DNA from: Candidatus Cloacimonadales bacterium
GTDB taxonomy: Bacteria > Cloacimonadota > Cloacimonadia > Cloacimonadales > JAIOQZ01
Assembly: GCA_963665815.1 (NCBI GenBank)
Contig: OY762463.1
Span: 2,912,001-2,976,000 of the forward strand
Length of the DNA stretch: 64,000 nucleotides
Direction of reading: 5' to 3'
The position numbers were made by a program, and so were the translations under genes. The notes under the pieces were generated by a model, which made no database searches, was not told where the DNA came from, and worked only from the letters and a program-made list of their open reading frames with translations. The stretch's first letter is position 1. Each line of letters begins with the position of its first letter. Below, piece after piece: positions 1-12,600 of this stretch.

Positions 1-2813
1 ACCATTTTCTTTGTTACAACAGTATTTCCTGAATTCAGTCTGTAAAAATATACTCCTGAGCTTACATCAGTTGAATTACTGTCTTTTCCATTCCAGATAA
101 TGCTGTGATTACCTGAATCAAGCTGATCGTTAACAAGTGTTTTGACAAGCTGACCCTTAATGTTATACACGGATAATTTAACATTACCTGAGTTCTTCAG
201 ATTGAAACTTATAGTTGTTTCAGGGTTGAAAGGATTAGGGTAATTTGATACTCCAAAAACTGGTTTGGATACATTATTGTTGGATACAGTCGATCCAAGA
301 ATAACTCTGAGCATCATATTCTTATCCTGATCCATTGACCAGTCATCCTGAATCTGAGCTCTGACATAGGTTCTGCCAAAAGTATCACTGTCGTATCCGG
401 TATGGATATCATCATTGCCTGTGAGACCTACATACACGTTTCCATTCTCAAATGTAGCATTAATATACTCAGGTACTCTTATAAAGTTCCAGCCTGTTGT
501 CAGTTCGTCAGCACTGACATCGAATGATGCAAAAACATTCTCAGGATGATTGCTGCCATCCCAGAACTTGAGTTGAATGTCAGATGTAGTTACATCAGCG
601 AGATAGAGTTGAATCCAGTCAATCTCCAGATCAGATAATTCATTTGTGCCAAGATCAAAATCTGTACTACTGAACATGTTTGCTAGGAAGTGCACGTGTG
701 GATAATCGTACATTCCATTGGCTACACCATCATCATTAAAAAGTAAATGAGTATTTTCCGGAATATATGTTGGAAATGAGTAATTCATCTCAGAACTTGT
801 ATAAACCGGTAAATCATAATCTGCAGTAATAGCATACTGGCAGATATTATCTGTTACAGGACTGTTATCTGTGAATAAAACTGCATTCGGAGCAATATTA
901 TCTTCAAGAAGTACATAATCAGAAGATGGACCTTCTTTTCTGTATATTGAATATCCTGTTCTCTGGATTTCTCTATCATTATTTGTTATCTGAATCGGAT
1001 TTCCGTTAGCATCTTCAATATATGCTTTAATTATCCAGTTAAGACCAGAGTTGTATTCCCATGGATAAACATCAACTTTATAGTAACCTGAGTTGTTGTT
1101 AACAGCAGTTTCAGCTATGCCGCAAGCTGTTGTGTCAATTCCAATCGAGGAATATCCGACCATGTATTCGCGTCCATAGACAATTTCAACAGGAGAGTTA
1201 AGGATTACTTCAGTTAATGTATCCGGGTTCACAGTAACGGGCTGTTCGCAAAGTAGCTCGAAGTTTGATGTAACATCCCAGATTTTAACACTGTACTGGT
1301 CCAGAGGCGAAGTACCCCAGAAAGCAACTTTAGTAATGCTGTTGCCAATATAATCAACAAGATCATTTGCTCTGTATCTATTACCAACATCAAATACAAG
1401 TTCTTCGTCTACAGATACATAACTCCATAATTCATCAGGAGTCCAGGAAAGCCATCCTGTAGAACTATTATAGTCTTCCGGAGCTGTCCAGGCAAGATTT
1501 ACTACATCAGCAGCTTGTGTTGAGATTCTTAAATCCTGTGGGGCTGCCGGTTGTGAAAAGTAGTTTCTTATTTGGAAATCATCGATATATATACCGTTCC
1601 CGGAGTTATCTGTACTATTAGTGTTTAAGGTGAACTTGAATTGAACAGGTCTTCCGGCAAATCTATCAAGATTATTGGTTCCGTTATACTCTGTGAAATT
1701 TTCAAGTGCAAAGATGTAATCAATATGATTCCATTCTGAATTTTGAGTTATATGTGAGTTATTGAAGTGCATTCTTGTCCAGTATGTATCGTTTACTTGT
1801 TTAATACTGACAGTGTAATAATCATTTAGCAGGTATGAGTCAGTATCACCAATATCAGGGAGATCTAATTTCACCCAGTAAGAAATTTGATTTGATCCGG
1901 AGATCGGAATATTAATAATGGGACTGATCACATCATTTTGCAGTCCTGTTTCAACGGGACAATGATATGCTCCGGAGCTGTTATGAGTTTCATCAGTCAC
2001 ATGTTCCCAGAAAGATCCGCCTACAACACCGGCGAAACCCGGAACAAGTTGCGAATCACCTGCTGCACCATCAGCATCACTTACGAGAAGACCTGCAATA
2101 TTGATATCATCAAGCTGAACACCAAACCATTCGGGATTTCCGTCTGCATCATTAGTACATGAGTTACCGTCTGAGCCAAAAGCAAATCGGATTCTCACAT
2201 TCTGCCCCGCATAATTACTGAGATCAAAATTAGAATTGATCCAGCCATTACTGTTTCCTGACCAGCACGATACACCAACACCTTCATCAAAAATATCACC
2301 AAATGCATGGCAGCTTGTATTATCATACTGTGGGCTTCCGCTCAGGACTGTCCAGTTAAGACCGTCATCCGTAGATATTCTTACATTGAAACCATCCCAG
2401 GCATTATAGCCAGCTGGAAATTCTCCAGTTGCCTCTTCAATATAATATTTCATTTTGAAAGTGAGAGTTGCGTTACTCGGCAAAGTTAGCAATGGAGAAT
2501 CCAGAACAACATACCTTTCGTTGTGATATCCGTTAATTTCTTCATCAGCCATCCACCAGAAGTGACCATAATCACTTGTGGATTCAGATACGTGCCACGC
2601 TTCAGTCCAGTTTTCAGGTTCTGTTGCATCAGCGATTCGCCATTCATTATCTGCTGATTCAAAACCTTCTGAATAAACTATATTATATGGCCTTTCCGGC
2701 TGTTCCCTGTCCAGAACAGGACGAACATTCAATTCACTGAGATTATAACTCGGATGTGAAGCAAACAGTGTTATTGATATAAGAACTACTGACAGCAATC
2801 CGATAAATTTCAT
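1..2813 (-). CDS. Large secreted protein (signal peptide, two MAM/immune-inhibitor-A-like jelly-roll domains, FN3-like segment, C-terminal FlgD-Ig/T9SS-type sorting domain); 3' end runs off the window
   Basis: Not in the ORF track. ATG at 2813 after AGGAG; reads [18 protein letters not shown]..., [35 protein letters not shown], and ends [17 protein letters not shown]...[19 protein letters not shown] at position 1, all in one frame where checked. Confidence 0.85.
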   Translation of the reverse strand, partial: MKFIGLLSVVLISITLFASHPSYNLSELNVRPVLDREQPERPYNIVYSEGFESADNEWRIADATEPENWTEAWHVSESTSDYGHFWWMADEEINGYHNERYVVLDSPLLTLPSNATLTFKMKYYIEEATGEFPAGYNAWDGFNVRISTDDGLNWTVLSGSPQYDNTSCHAFGDIFDEGVGVSCWSGNSNGWINSNFDLSNYAGQNVRIRFAFGSDGNSCTNDADGNPEWFGVQLDDINIAGLLVSDADGAAGDSQLVPGFAGVVGGSFWEHVTDETHNSSGAYHCPVETGLQNDVISPIINIPISGSNQISYWVKLDLPDIGDTDSYLLNDYYTVSIKQVNDTYWTRMHFNNSHITQNSEWNHIDYIFALENFTEYNGTNNLDRFAGRPVQFKFTLNTNSTDNSGNGIYIDDFQIRNYFSQPAAPQDLRISTQAADVVNLAWTAPEDYNSSTGWLSWTPDELWSYVSVDEELVFDVGNRYRANDLVDYIGNSITKVAFWGTSPLDQYSVKIWDVTSNFELLCEQPVTVNPDTLTEVILNSPVEIVYGREYMVGYSSIGIDTTACGIAETAVNNNSGYYKVDVYPWEYNSGLNWIIKAYIEDANGNPIQITNNDREIQRTGYSIYRKEGPSSDYVLLEDNIAPNAVLFTDNSPVTDNICQYAITADYDLPVYTSSEMNYSFPTYIPENTHLLFNDDGVANGMYDYPHVHFLANMFSSTDFDLGTNELSDLEIDWIQLYLADVTTSDIQLKFWDGSNHPENVFASFDVSADELTTGWNFIRVPEYINATFENGNVYVGLTGNDDIHTGYDSDTFGRTYVRAQIQDDWSMDQDKNMMLRVILGSTVSNNNVSKPVFGVSNYPNPFNPETTISFNLKNSGNVKLSVYNIKGQLVKTLVNDQLDSGNHSIIWNGKDSNSTDVSSGVYFYRLNSGNTVVTKKM

Positions 2814-2959
2814 ATATTCTCCTACATATTGAGATTTTTACATAATAACGTGTTTCTGATTTCATTGTTACCTAATTATGCAAAGGTTCTCATGTTATTT
2901 TTTTGCTTTTTATAAGTCGTATATATCTATTTGTGTAAAGCTTTTTTTCAAGTATTTAC

Positions 2960-3529
2960 TTAATCGTAAGATATTTGGAGTTTGAAATTCCTGTCAGGCA
3001 TGAAGTTTTTCTTACTCCATAAATAGTATCTGTAGTTTCCTGATGCAGATTCAGAATCAGGTTTATAAGCAAAATTGTCTATGGTGATATCTGATTGTAC
3101 TTTCAGCTTATAGGTTACTTCCTCAAATTCTTCTTTCCATTTTTTTGTCGTAAGCAGAATATACTCAACATGATTACCAAGAAAAGGTTGTTTATAGCCG
3201 ACATTATAACTTACAACACTTTCGGGTGGTATCATTACAGTAAAATAAGATCCATGATTATCATTCTTAACAAGAGCGTTTGAAGAGTCTTCACAACAGT
3301 ATGCAAAAATCGAATCTGGTTCCAGATAAGTTGAATCCTTAGGATATGGGTAAAACATAGTTGTTTTCACATATTCATCCGTATTGTTTCTGAAAAAGTA
3401 AATGCCATCAATATAGAAAGCATTTTCTTTCAGAGTAAAATCAATATCCTCCCGGATAAATGAAATCTGCCCTGCCTGAAGCAAATTAAGCACAACAGAC
3501 AGGACAACTGTTAAATATACTTTTCTCAT
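2960..3529 (-). CDS. Secreted hypothetical protein (DUF4424-like)
   Basis: 189 aa ORF with signal peptide; start overlaps the stop of the upstream gene; YILLTTKKW motif resembles DUF4424 proteins. Confidence 0.6.
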   Translation of the reverse strand: MRKVYLTVVLSVVLNLLQAGQISFIREDIDFTLKENAFYIDGIYFFRNNTDEYVKTTMFYPYPKDSTYLEPDSIFAYCCEDSSNALVKNDNHGSYFTVMIPPESVVSYNVGYKQPFLGNHVEYILLTTKKWKEEFEEVTYKLKVQSDITIDNFAYKPDSESASGNYRYYLWSKKNFMPDRNFKLQISYD

Positions 3530-4563
3530 TATTTCAATAATGTCATTTTATTTACAGATAGAATATTGCCGTCAGCTTTGAGCCTGCAATAATATATCCC
3601 GGATGCAGTCTTTCTTCCTGAGCTGTCCTTACCATTCCATGTAACTGAGTTTTCCCCAATAGCCATATTGCTGACTGGGATTGATCGGACTATCTGACCT
3701 TTTGTGTTGAACACTTCTACTTTTACATCAGAGTATTGTTTTTTTAGTGAAAACACTATTTCTGTTTCTGGGTTGAATGGATTCGGATAGTTTGCAATCC
3801 TCAATTCAGATTGAGGAATTGTTTCCTCGTCGATTCCCTGTGAGTAATTATCAAGAGTTATGGTTATTGAATCAGTTGTCCCCGGATCTCCCATATAGCT
3901 GTAAGAATCATACAGTGTTGAGTTGATATAAGTCTGCAGCTGAACTCGCCTACAAGGTAAACTGGAGCGAACATATATACCGTTTGATTGATTTCCCAAG
4001 CTTTGTCCATCCCATTGGTTTCCGTCAAAAGTTATTTCAGCATTATCTACTTCTCTACCGTTAGAATCGAGTAGCTTAACAGTTAAATCTGTAAAAGGAT
4101 TTCCAAGACTGTCAGCATGGCACCACCAGAATATAAAGCTTTCATTGCAATATAATGGCACTATTTTAAGTATATCCCCGGCTGTCAGCGAATTAAGCGG
4201 GGTGCCCTGTCCATACTGGCAAGGACAGACATCACCTGTGATGCTTATATTATCTCCGGCTGGAGTAATTTTTAAATCTGTTCCCAGATCAATTGATGAT
4301 ATTACAGGGGAAGTCCAGATAGTATCATCAGATGAATAATATACATAGAAGTCAACACTTCCATTGTTACAGTTAAATGTGTACTGGAGTGAATCATCGC
4401 GCGAAACTGAATTTGCTCTGCCTAAGATATGTTCCTCCATTGTAATTTCCCAATTTCCCTGATCATCCAACAGTTTAATCTGAGTCAACACAGGTACAAC
4501 AATTGGATTTGCAAACAATATCCCTATAGATATAAATAGAAGATATAGTAATTTTGTTTTCAT
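3529..4563 (-). CDS. Secreted protein with C-terminal FlgD-Ig/T9SS-type sorting domain
   Basis: Signal peptide, GGAGG RBS, C-terminus [14 protein letters not shown]...SGIYYCRL...KMTLLK. Confidence 0.85.
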   Translation of the reverse strand: MKTKLLYLLFISIGILFANPIVVPVLTQIKLLDDQGNWEITMEEHILGRANSVSRDDSLQYTFNCNNGSVDFYVYYSSDDTIWTSPVISSIDLGTDLKITPAGDNISITGDVCPCQYGQGTPLNSLTAGDILKIVPLYCNESFIFWWCHADSLGNPFTDLTVKLLDSNGREVDNAEITFDGNQWDGQSLGNQSNGIYVRSSLPCRRVQLQTYINSTLYDSYSYMGDPGTTDSITITLDNYSQGIDEETIPQSELRIANYPNPFNPETEIVFSLKKQYSDVKVEVFNTKGQIVRSIPVSNMAIGENSVTWNGKDSSGRKTASGIYYCRLKADGNILSVNKMTLLK

Positions 4564-4649
4564 TGATTAACCTCCTAATGACTAATTAATTTATTGCCCA
4601 ATATTTATTTACGCATCATTTTATTATGCAAAATTTATTCCAAAAAAAA

Positions 4650-5201
4650 TTATTCTTTAAATACTCTTTCCGTATTCCATGTTAAATCACAGTTCTTAAC
4701 AAAATTAACCAGATTTCTGATGTCATTGTAAGCATCTTCAGGTGTGTAAGACATATCGATATCTTTTACTACTCTGTATTCCTTGAAAGTCATTCTGAAA
4801 AAATCAAAAGGTTCCATAGCTTTAAGAAGCTCAATATTCTGTTTAGACAATGTTACCTCGGCAACATCCTTTTCGACATCCCTTAGATTGTATACTTCAT
4901 TGAATTTTGCATCATTCAGCTTTACAGCACGTGATAACTTCCATTTATCAAGAAATCTTGTGAGCTTGTTGAAATGTGTTATAAACATGTAATGTTGTGT
5001 TTTGAAGTTAATCTCGATCTTAACTTCCTTGCGTGACATAAAATCAAACTTTACAGGATATTTGTCTACAGTACCGAATAATCTTGGAATTGAACCAAGA
5101 TTTTCCCCGGATCCACTTCTTCTGTCAATTACCAACTCAGATACGATTTCCGATTCCTTAAGCAAAGTTGAAAGTTCGTTCAGAAAATTGTCACCAACCA
5201 T
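4650..5201 (-). CDS. Hypothetical protein
   Basis: 183 aa ORF with AAGGA RBS and upstream TTGACA; no recognised motif. Confidence 0.65.
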   Translation of the reverse strand: MVGDNFLNELSTLLKESEIVSELVIDRRSGSGENLGSIPRLFGTVDKYPVKFDFMSRKEVKIEINFKTQHYMFITHFNKLTRFLDKWKLSRAVKLNDAKFNEVYNLRDVEKDVAEVTLSKQNIELLKAMEPFDFFRMTFKEYRVVKDIDMSYTPEDAYNDIRNLVNFVKNCDLTWNTERVFKE

Positions 5202-5299
5202 ATAACCGTCCTTTATAGTTTATAAGCCAATTAAGGACGTTTTATCTTCAAATGTCAATAATAAAATTTGTTCAGGATAAGATTAATTACTTATCAAGA

Positions 5300-6043
5300 T
5301 TAAAGATATTTCTTATATAAACTACATCCGAGGGACATGATCCCGTAATGTCGTATTACAAGGAATGTGAGCGGGAGGGTTACGAGCAGTCCGAATCCAA
5401 GCAGAAGAGTAGAAACAATAATATACACAAACATAATAAACGCTATGAAAAACTGCTGCCAGCGAGTTTCAGCTCCGCCTTTGTAAGCAGCATAAACAGC
5501 CTTAAACGGATTAACATTGTATCTGTTCATGATGAATGGAACCGGGATTACTATAGCTGCCCAGTATAATACTAACACCAGTCGAACAAGGTGAAGGATA
5601 GGGTCAAATACAAAACTGAATACCGGCTCTCCCGTACATACTACCTTAATTACAAAAAAGTATATTATGTTGATCAAAGTAAAAAGTAAATACTTTGGGT
5701 ATGATTTGAGGTTGGCAAAATAGTTGCCAGTTTTGAAATCGCAGATATTCGTAAATTCAAATGGGATCAATGCCAGTGGAATGAGAAGTGTCAAAGTACC
5801 ATTCAGAATGAAATACTTATCTCTCAAAAGAAAAGCTGCAGCACAAATTGGAAGCAGTATAATCAAAACATAGAATATCGAGAAGATATATGCTTTAGAT
5901 TTATCTTTTTTGATCTCGTTCCACGTTTCTCGTATTGCCTGTTTGGCAGAAAGCTTATCTTTTATGATAGTTGTTTCAGTTCCGCAATTCGTGCAGAAAA
6001 AAGCAAATTCATCAATATCTTTTTTACATTCTATACATCTCAT
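5300..6043 (-). CDS. Zinc-ribbon-containing membrane protein
   Basis: N-terminal CxxC...CxxC (CIEC/CTNC) followed by about 6 hydrophobic helices. Confidence 0.75.
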   Translation of the reverse strand: MRCIECKKDIDEFAFFCTNCGTETTIIKDKLSAKQAIRETWNEIKKDKSKAYIFSIFYVLIILLPICAAAFLLRDKYFILNGTLTLLIPLALIPFEFTNICDFKTGNYFANLKSYPKYLLFTLINIIYFFVIKVVCTGEPVFSFVFDPILHLVRLVLVLYWAAIVIPVPFIMNRYNVNPFKAVYAAYKGGAETRWQQFFIAFIMFVYIIVSTLLLGFGLLVTLPLTFLVIRHYGIMSLGCSLYKKYL

Positions 6044-6622
6044 TGTAATTCCATCCGATTTGAATTTATTGTTAAAGGGATTAATATCTTTTTTTTTGTC
6101 AAATTAATTCCTGAATTAGGCATTTCTTCATTTTAATAGAGCTGCTCTGACTTAATGTCTATATACTGTTTTTTCGTGACTAAAAAAGATTATCTTTTAC
6201 TCATACTGCATTAACGAAAAGATTCCTGAAATATTAACAATTTATTCAAAAAATAAGAATATACATTTCAATTATATGAGATTTTCAATTTGATAGCAAC
6301 TTGAAATTTTTTAGATTGGATACTTCTTCATTTATTCTAAAATATAGTAATAATAGTATTGAGGCAAATTCTGAGTGTTAATCACCAATAACATTTATTT
6401 AAATATTTTTATAACAAATATAGAATTAAAAAGTTGCAATACTCGATTAGTCATAAACTATTGAAAAACAAACACATTTAAGCATTGTTTAATATATTTT
6501 ATAATAGCGGCATTAATTTTATAGGGATAAATATAATATTTTACTTGCCATAAATTCCATGCAGAAAAATCAGAGTATTAGAAATTATAATAATAGTAGA
6601 AAATATAATATAAGGAGTTTAA

Positions 6623-7186
6623 ATGTCAGCAACGAATATGACAATACTTGGATTTCTCATGTATAAGCCTATGCATGGCTATGAATTCAAAAGAGAAATT
6701 CAGTGTCGGAGTATGGAACTCTGGGCAGGGATCAAACTGCCAGCCATATATAAAGCACTGCCAAGACTGGAAGAAGATGGGTATATACTTGGTGAACTAA
6801 TCAAGGGTGATACATCTCCGGATAAGAAAGTTTATGAGATAACTGAATCGGGAAAGAAATACCTGAGGAAAATCGTGTTGAAGAAGCTTTTCGATATGAG
6901 TCAGCCAAAAGGGTTCTGGTTAGCACTTGTATTTATAAACGGAGTGATAAAACTTAGTGAATTCAAAGACGCATTGGAGCAGCAGTATGAATTCTATTAC
7001 AATGATTTCATCGGCAAAAAAGAATTCAGAAAAAACGTTGAAGAGCAGTATTTTTCACTACCATTTAACTGGCAGGCTATGCTTGATATGGGAACTGAGT
7101 TCTCTTACTATAATACAAAAATGTTTGAGAGTCTTCAAAGACTGTTAACATATAAAGAAAATCAGGAAATATTTTTACAGGAGTAG
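6623..7186 (+). CDS. PadR family transcriptional regulator
   Basis: ILGFL..KPMHGYE, IYKALPRLEEDGYI, KKVYEITESGK winged-helix motifs; TAAGGAG RBS. Confidence 0.9.
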   Translation: MSATNMTILGFLMYKPMHGYEFKREIQCRSMELWAGIKLPAIYKALPRLEEDGYILGELIKGDTSPDKKVYEITESGKKYLRKIVLKKLFDMSQPKGFWLALVFINGVIKLSEFKDALEQQYEFYYNDFIGKKEFRKNVEEQYFSLPFNWQAMLDMGTEFSYYNTKMFESLQRLLTYKENQEIFLQE

Positions 7187-7188
7187 AA

Positions 7189-8499
7189 ATGAGGATAACA
7201 ATAATAATATGTTTAACTCTTATAGTCATGTTTTTACCTGCATTGGAGATTGATCTTGATCAGGCAAAGAGCTTAGCTCTGAAGAACAACCATTTATTGA
7301 AGAAAAGTGAGAAAGATTTGAAAGCATCACAATGGAATCTGATCAAGGCCTATAGTAATCTTGGACCATCAGTAGAGCTCACAGGATCGAAATCCTATTT
7401 CGATGACACTATTGTTATGCCGGCACCTGCAAATGCTTATGATGAGCAAAGCAGTCATGGATTCAGTATTTCTCAACCATTATTAGTGGGAGGGAGCCTT
7501 TTCCTGAATTCTAGAATTCAGAGCAATTCGAAAAAAATTGCAGTAGTTGGTTATTCTACTCAAAGGCTTCAGACAATTGCTGATGTGGAATCCAAATACT
7601 TCACTGTGCTTCAAAACGAGAATTTGCTGGAAGTAGCCAGAAAATCACTTAAGCATGCCAGAGAAAATGAGGCTATTGCTAAAGTCAGATATGATTCCGG
7701 TACGCTTACACAAGCGGAATATTTCAGAGTAAAATCTGAAACAGCTTCTCGTGAAGTGTCTATGCTGCAGGCTGAATCTGTATGGAACATCAGCAAAGAA
7801 GATCTGGCAAATTTTCTGGTAGTCAAAGAAGATCTGATTGTAAAGGAAATCATTCTGGCTCAGGTAGAATCAGAAGCATCAGGATATGACAGTTTTTCAA
7901 TATCCAATATTAATGAGTTTGTGAAAAATGCTGTTTCTTATGCAATGAATAACAATAACAGCCTGAAATCATCAAAACTTGGACTGAAAACAGCAAAGTT
8001 GAGTAAATATATGAGTGCCGGACAATTTTTACCAACAATTACACTTGGTTATTCAAAAAGCTGGGAAAAAAAGGGAGATAATGATGAAAACGACAGTGGA
8101 ACACTAAGACTGTCTGCCTCACTTCCGATTTTTCCTATAATTGATAATTTTTCGAGTTACAGAAGTTCAGCCAACAGTTATTCTTCAGCTTTCTACAATC
8201 ATGAGAACACAAAAGATCAGATTAGTCTTGCTGTAAAAAATTCTGCTTATGGGATGATAACTGCAGCAAAATCAATCAAATCTGCTAAACTGGCGCTTGA
8301 CTACGCAGAACAAACCTATATGCAGATGCAGGAAAGATTTCGACAGAATCTTATTTCTGCAACTGATCTTCTTGATACAGAGATAATGTACATCTCTACT
8401 CAGAATCAATATACAAAAAGTCTTTATGATTTTCTCAAAGCAAAATCAGCCTTATTAAATCAATTAGGAGTGGAAAATGAAATTCCGAATTTTAAATAA
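7189..8499 (+). CDS. TolC family outer-membrane efflux protein
   Basis: Signal peptide, duplicated OEP-like repeats, position before MFP and RND genes. Confidence 0.88.
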   Translation: MRITIIICLTLIVMFLPALEIDLDQAKSLALKNNHLLKKSEKDLKASQWNLIKAYSNLGPSVELTGSKSYFDDTIVMPAPANAYDEQSSHGFSISQPLLVGGSLFLNSRIQSNSKKIAVVGYSTQRLQTIADVESKYFTVLQNENLLEVARKSLKHARENEAIAKVRYDSGTLTQAEYFRVKSETASREVSMLQAESVWNISKEDLANFLVVKEDLIVKEIILAQVESEASGYDSFSISNINEFVKNAVSYAMNNNNSLKSSKLGLKTAKLSKYMSAGQFLPTITLGYSKSWEKKGDNDENDSGTLRLSASLPIFPIIDNFSSYRSSANSYSSAFYNHENTKDQISLAVKNSAYGMITAAKSIKSAKLALDYAEQTYMQMQERFRQNLISATDLLDTEIMYISTQNQYTKSLYDFLKAKSALLNQLGVENEIPNFK

Positions 8500-9586
8500 A
8501 GAATCAAAAAATAGACTTGTGATGTTTACTGTAATGCTGTTTGTTCTTCTTACAGCATGTAAGGGCGGACCTTCAAACAGGACTGCAAACAAGAATGAAG
8601 AGGCAAAAAGCATTCCGGTAATAGTAAAGAAAACCGAGCTCAAAGATCTCAAAGAATATATAAAAGTAACCGGCAAACTGGAAGGCATTACCGATATTGC
8701 ATTGATCAGCGAAACTGCCGGAAAGGTAATAGAAGTACATAAAACGCTGGGAGACTGGGTGGAAAAAGGTGAATCAATTGGTAGAGTTGATAATACAGAT
8801 TATCTGCTACAGTATAAGCAATCGGAAGCAAGTGTTTTGTCTTCAGAAGCCTCTTTATCAACTGCCCAGATGAATTTCGATGCTGTGAAAAATCTTCATG
8901 ATGCAGGAAATGCATCTGATTCTGAGCTGTTAACTGCAGAAAGTAATCTTAAGGGAGCTCAAGCGGGATTAAGCGGAGCAAAAGTTGCAATGGAAAAAGC
9001 AAGAAAAACTCTTGATAGTTCAAATCTTGTTGCTCCACGTTCAGGATATATCTCAAACATTGCTATTGAAGAAGGTGATTTACTCAATATAGGTTCAATG
9101 GTCTGCAATATTGTAAACACCAGAAAGCTGATTATAAGAACCGGTGTTGGAGAATCCAATATCACCAAGTTGAAAAGAGGTCAGGAAGTTCAAGTTTATC
9201 ATAAGCTGCTTGAAAAGAGTATTAAAGGTATAATAACTGGTAAAGGTATAAAACCTGAAGGACAAACTGCGAACTACCCTATAGAAATCACTCTGGAAAA
9301 TCCGGATAGAATTCTATATCCCGGTATGATTATAGAAGGCAAAATACTTTCGAAAATATACAAGGATGTAATTTATACTTCACTGAACAATATCAAAAAG
9401 CAGTACGATGATAATTTCGTGTTTACCATTTCTGCAGATAACAAAGCTGTAAGGAAAAAAGTTATTCTGGGAACACAGATAGAAGAAAATGTGATACTGA
9501 AAAGTGGAATTGGACCAGACGAAAATCTGGTAGTAGAAGGAATGGATAATCTTGAAGACAATGTTGCAGTTGAAATCAGGAAATAA
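8477..9586 (+). CDS. Efflux RND transporter periplasmic adaptor (MFP), lipoprotein
   Basis: Lipobox LTAC; GKVIEV...GDWVEKG and LVAPRSGYI lipoyl motifs; LYPGM. Confidence 0.9.
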   Translation: MKFRILNKESKNRLVMFTVMLFVLLTACKGGPSNRTANKNEEAKSIPVIVKKTELKDLKEYIKVTGKLEGITDIALISETAGKVIEVHKTLGDWVEKGESIGRVDNTDYLLQYKQSEASVLSSEASLSTAQMNFDAVKNLHDAGNASDSELLTAESNLKGAQAGLSGAKVAMEKARKTLDSSNLVAPRSGYISNIAIEEGDLLNIGSMVCNIVNTRKLIIRTGVGESNITKLKRGQEVQVYHKLLEKSIKGIITGKGIKPEGQTANYPIEITLENPDRILYPGMIIEGKILSKIYKDVIYTSLNNIKKQYDDNFVFTISADNKAVRKKVILGTQIEENVILKSGIGPDENLVVEGMDNLEDNVAVEIRK

Positions 9587-9600
9587 GACAAGGAGCTGTT

Positions 9601-12600
9601 ATGTCTGTAGCAAAATTTTCTGTTAACAATTCTGCCTTGATAAATATCATAATGATTATGGTGTTTCTCTGGGGTATTTACCAGATGGCAGTTATGCCAA
9701 AGGAAGAAATGCCTGCTGTTGAATTTGGCATGATCTATATTGGTGTGGTCTATCCGGGTGTATCTCCAACAGAAATGGAGCAGTTTGTAGTAAATAAGAT
9801 AGAAGATGAAATATCAGATGTGGATGATATTGATTTCATAGATTCAGAAGCACAGGAAGGTCGATGTTCTATAATGGTTCAGTTCAAACCGGATGCGGAT
9901 ATTGAAAAAGGCTGGAATGACCTTAATGCTGAAATGGATAAGGTCAAAGATCTGCCTGAAGATGCCATGGATCCGATTATCATGCGTATCAACATGAGAG
10001 AAGTGAATGAAATGTGCGATATATCACTTGGTGGGGATTTTTCTGCAAATGCAATAAGAGAAATCGCAGAGAATATGAAAGACGGTATTCTGGACCTTAA
10101 AGATATTTCCAAGGTTGATATTTATGGAACTCAGGAAAGAGAAATCTGGGTTGAAGGAGATATTAATAAGCTGGAACAATATGGTCTTACTCTTGATGAT
10201 TTGTCTAATGCAATCAGAAACAGTAATATGAATGTTCCCGGTGGAAAAATAGATTTCGGAAGAGTGGAATTCATTTTAAGAACTATTGGTGAGTTTGATG
10301 ATACAGAAGATATCGAAGAGCTTATTATCAGAATGGACTCCCACGGCAGAAGCATCAAGGTAAAAGATGTTGCTGTTGTTAATGATACGTTGCAGGAACA
10401 GGATGTTATCAGTAAGCTGGATGGTCATAAAAGTGTCAGTCTTTTTGTTTATCAGGATGCTGATGGAAATATCATGTCTGTTATGAAAGATGTGAGAAAA
10501 TTTGTCGAAGAATTTAAAGAGACTGTCCCCGGGCTTCAAGCAACAATCCGTAATGACAGCTCAATCCCGGTAAAAAACAGTATTAATACACTTGGAACAA
10601 GTGCATTTCTGGGGATTATTCTTGTATTCATCATTCTTATGATTTTTATCGGTTGGAGAAACGCTATTTTTGCAGCTCTTGGGATACCTTTCAGTTTTCT
10701 CCTTACATTTATTCTCATGCGTCAATTTGATGTAACAATGAACAACCTGAGTTTGTTTGGTCTGGTTCTTGTTCTTGGGATGATTGTGGATGATGCTATT
10801 GTTGTACTCGAGAATGTTCATAGATATATGGAACAGGGATTATCACCCAAAGAAGCAGCGATTAAAGGTACTAATGAGATTATGTGGCCGGTGATTGCAG
10901 CAGTAACAACAACTATTGCCGCATTTACACCAATGCTGCTTATGCAGGGAATGATGGGGAAATTCATGCGTATTTTTCCTATTGTTGTGTCTCTGGCTCT
11001 TGCCGCATCCCTGTTTGAAAGTCTCGTAATCCTGCCATCACATATTGCTGAGTTTTCTAAACCATTGAAAAACAAAGCAAAAGAAGCATCCAGAATGATG
11101 AACTTCCTGATTTCAAGGTATCAGAGAGCATTGAAGTTCGCTTTAAGTCACAGATTCCTGACAATTTCTCTGGTGATACTGGCAATGTTCCTGTCATTAG
11201 GTTGTGTAGCAGCAAGATTAGTTAAATTTGAGTTCTTTCCTGCTCAGCAGCCTAAAACAGTGATTCTGCATCTGCAAACTCCTGTTGGAACTGACCTGGA
11301 TGAAACAAACAGAATAGTATCCAGTGTAGAAAACTACATTATGACAATGGAAGAACACACAGATGTTGAAGCAATTGTAACAACGGTCGGGCAGTATATT
11401 GAGCAGCATGACAGACAGGTTGCAACATCAAATGCGGAAATCAAAATTGATTTAAGAGAAGCTGATGAGCGAGAGTTTGGTTATGATCATATTAAAAATG
11501 TAATACGTGAATATGTAAGCAATCTTCCGGGTGTATACACATACAAGTTCTCGACTCAGAGAGGTGGTCCGCCAACAGGAGCAGATGTTGAACTGCGTAT
11601 TAAAGGTGATAACCTGAACAGACTGGACTATATATCTGATGTAATTAAAAATGAGCTTGAGAAAATACCCGGTGTTGTTGATATTGAGGACTCCTTCAAA
11701 CCTGGGAAAAAAGAAATTCAGCTTATTCCTGATCTGGAAAAACTTGGTATTTACGGATTAACCCTTGGTCAGGTTGCATCTGCTGTCAGAATTGCTTCTT
11801 ATGGTTCAACAGTTTCTGAATTCAGAGGTGATGGTCTGGATGAGTATGATATTGTTGTACGCCTTAAAGAATCACAGATGAATAATATTGAAGACTTGAA
11901 AAATCTGACCCTGAGAACACAATCCGGCAGTATAGTTGAACTGAGAGATATTGTTGAAATGAAACTGGAAAACAGCCTTTCATCAATAAAACACAGAGAT
12001 GGTGACAGAATTATCACAATTACTGCGTCTACATCTTTGTACGAATCAAACGGGATAATGACAAAACGTACACCTGATGAAGTAACATACATACTTAAAG
12101 GTGGAAGTCAGAAAGGGCTTTTGCAAAGACTAATTAACTCTATTCTTAAACTGTTTGGAAAGGAAATTCAGGAGAAGAAGGGAATTCTCGAAAACTTTGG
12201 TGGTAGATTCCCCGGATACACAATGGAATATGGCGGTACTGCTGAAGAACAGGCAAAATCTTATGGTTCGTTGTATCTTGCATTCGGAATAGCGATTCTG
12301 CTGGTGTTTGCAATTCTGGCAACTCAGTTCAAGTCGTATATTCAACCTTTGATTGTGATGACTACAATACCTTTTGCATTCATCGGAGTTATATTCGGAC
12401 TTCTTGTAACGCGTCTGCCGTTCTCAATAAACACACTTGTAGCAATTGTAGCACTGGTTGGTGTTGTTGTTAATGATTCGCTTGTACTGGTTGATTTCGT
12501 GAACAGAGAACGTGAGCGAGGTATTAACAGATGGCAGTCACTTATTAATGGTGGATCAATCAGGCTCAGACCAATTATACTGACAACCATTACTACAATT

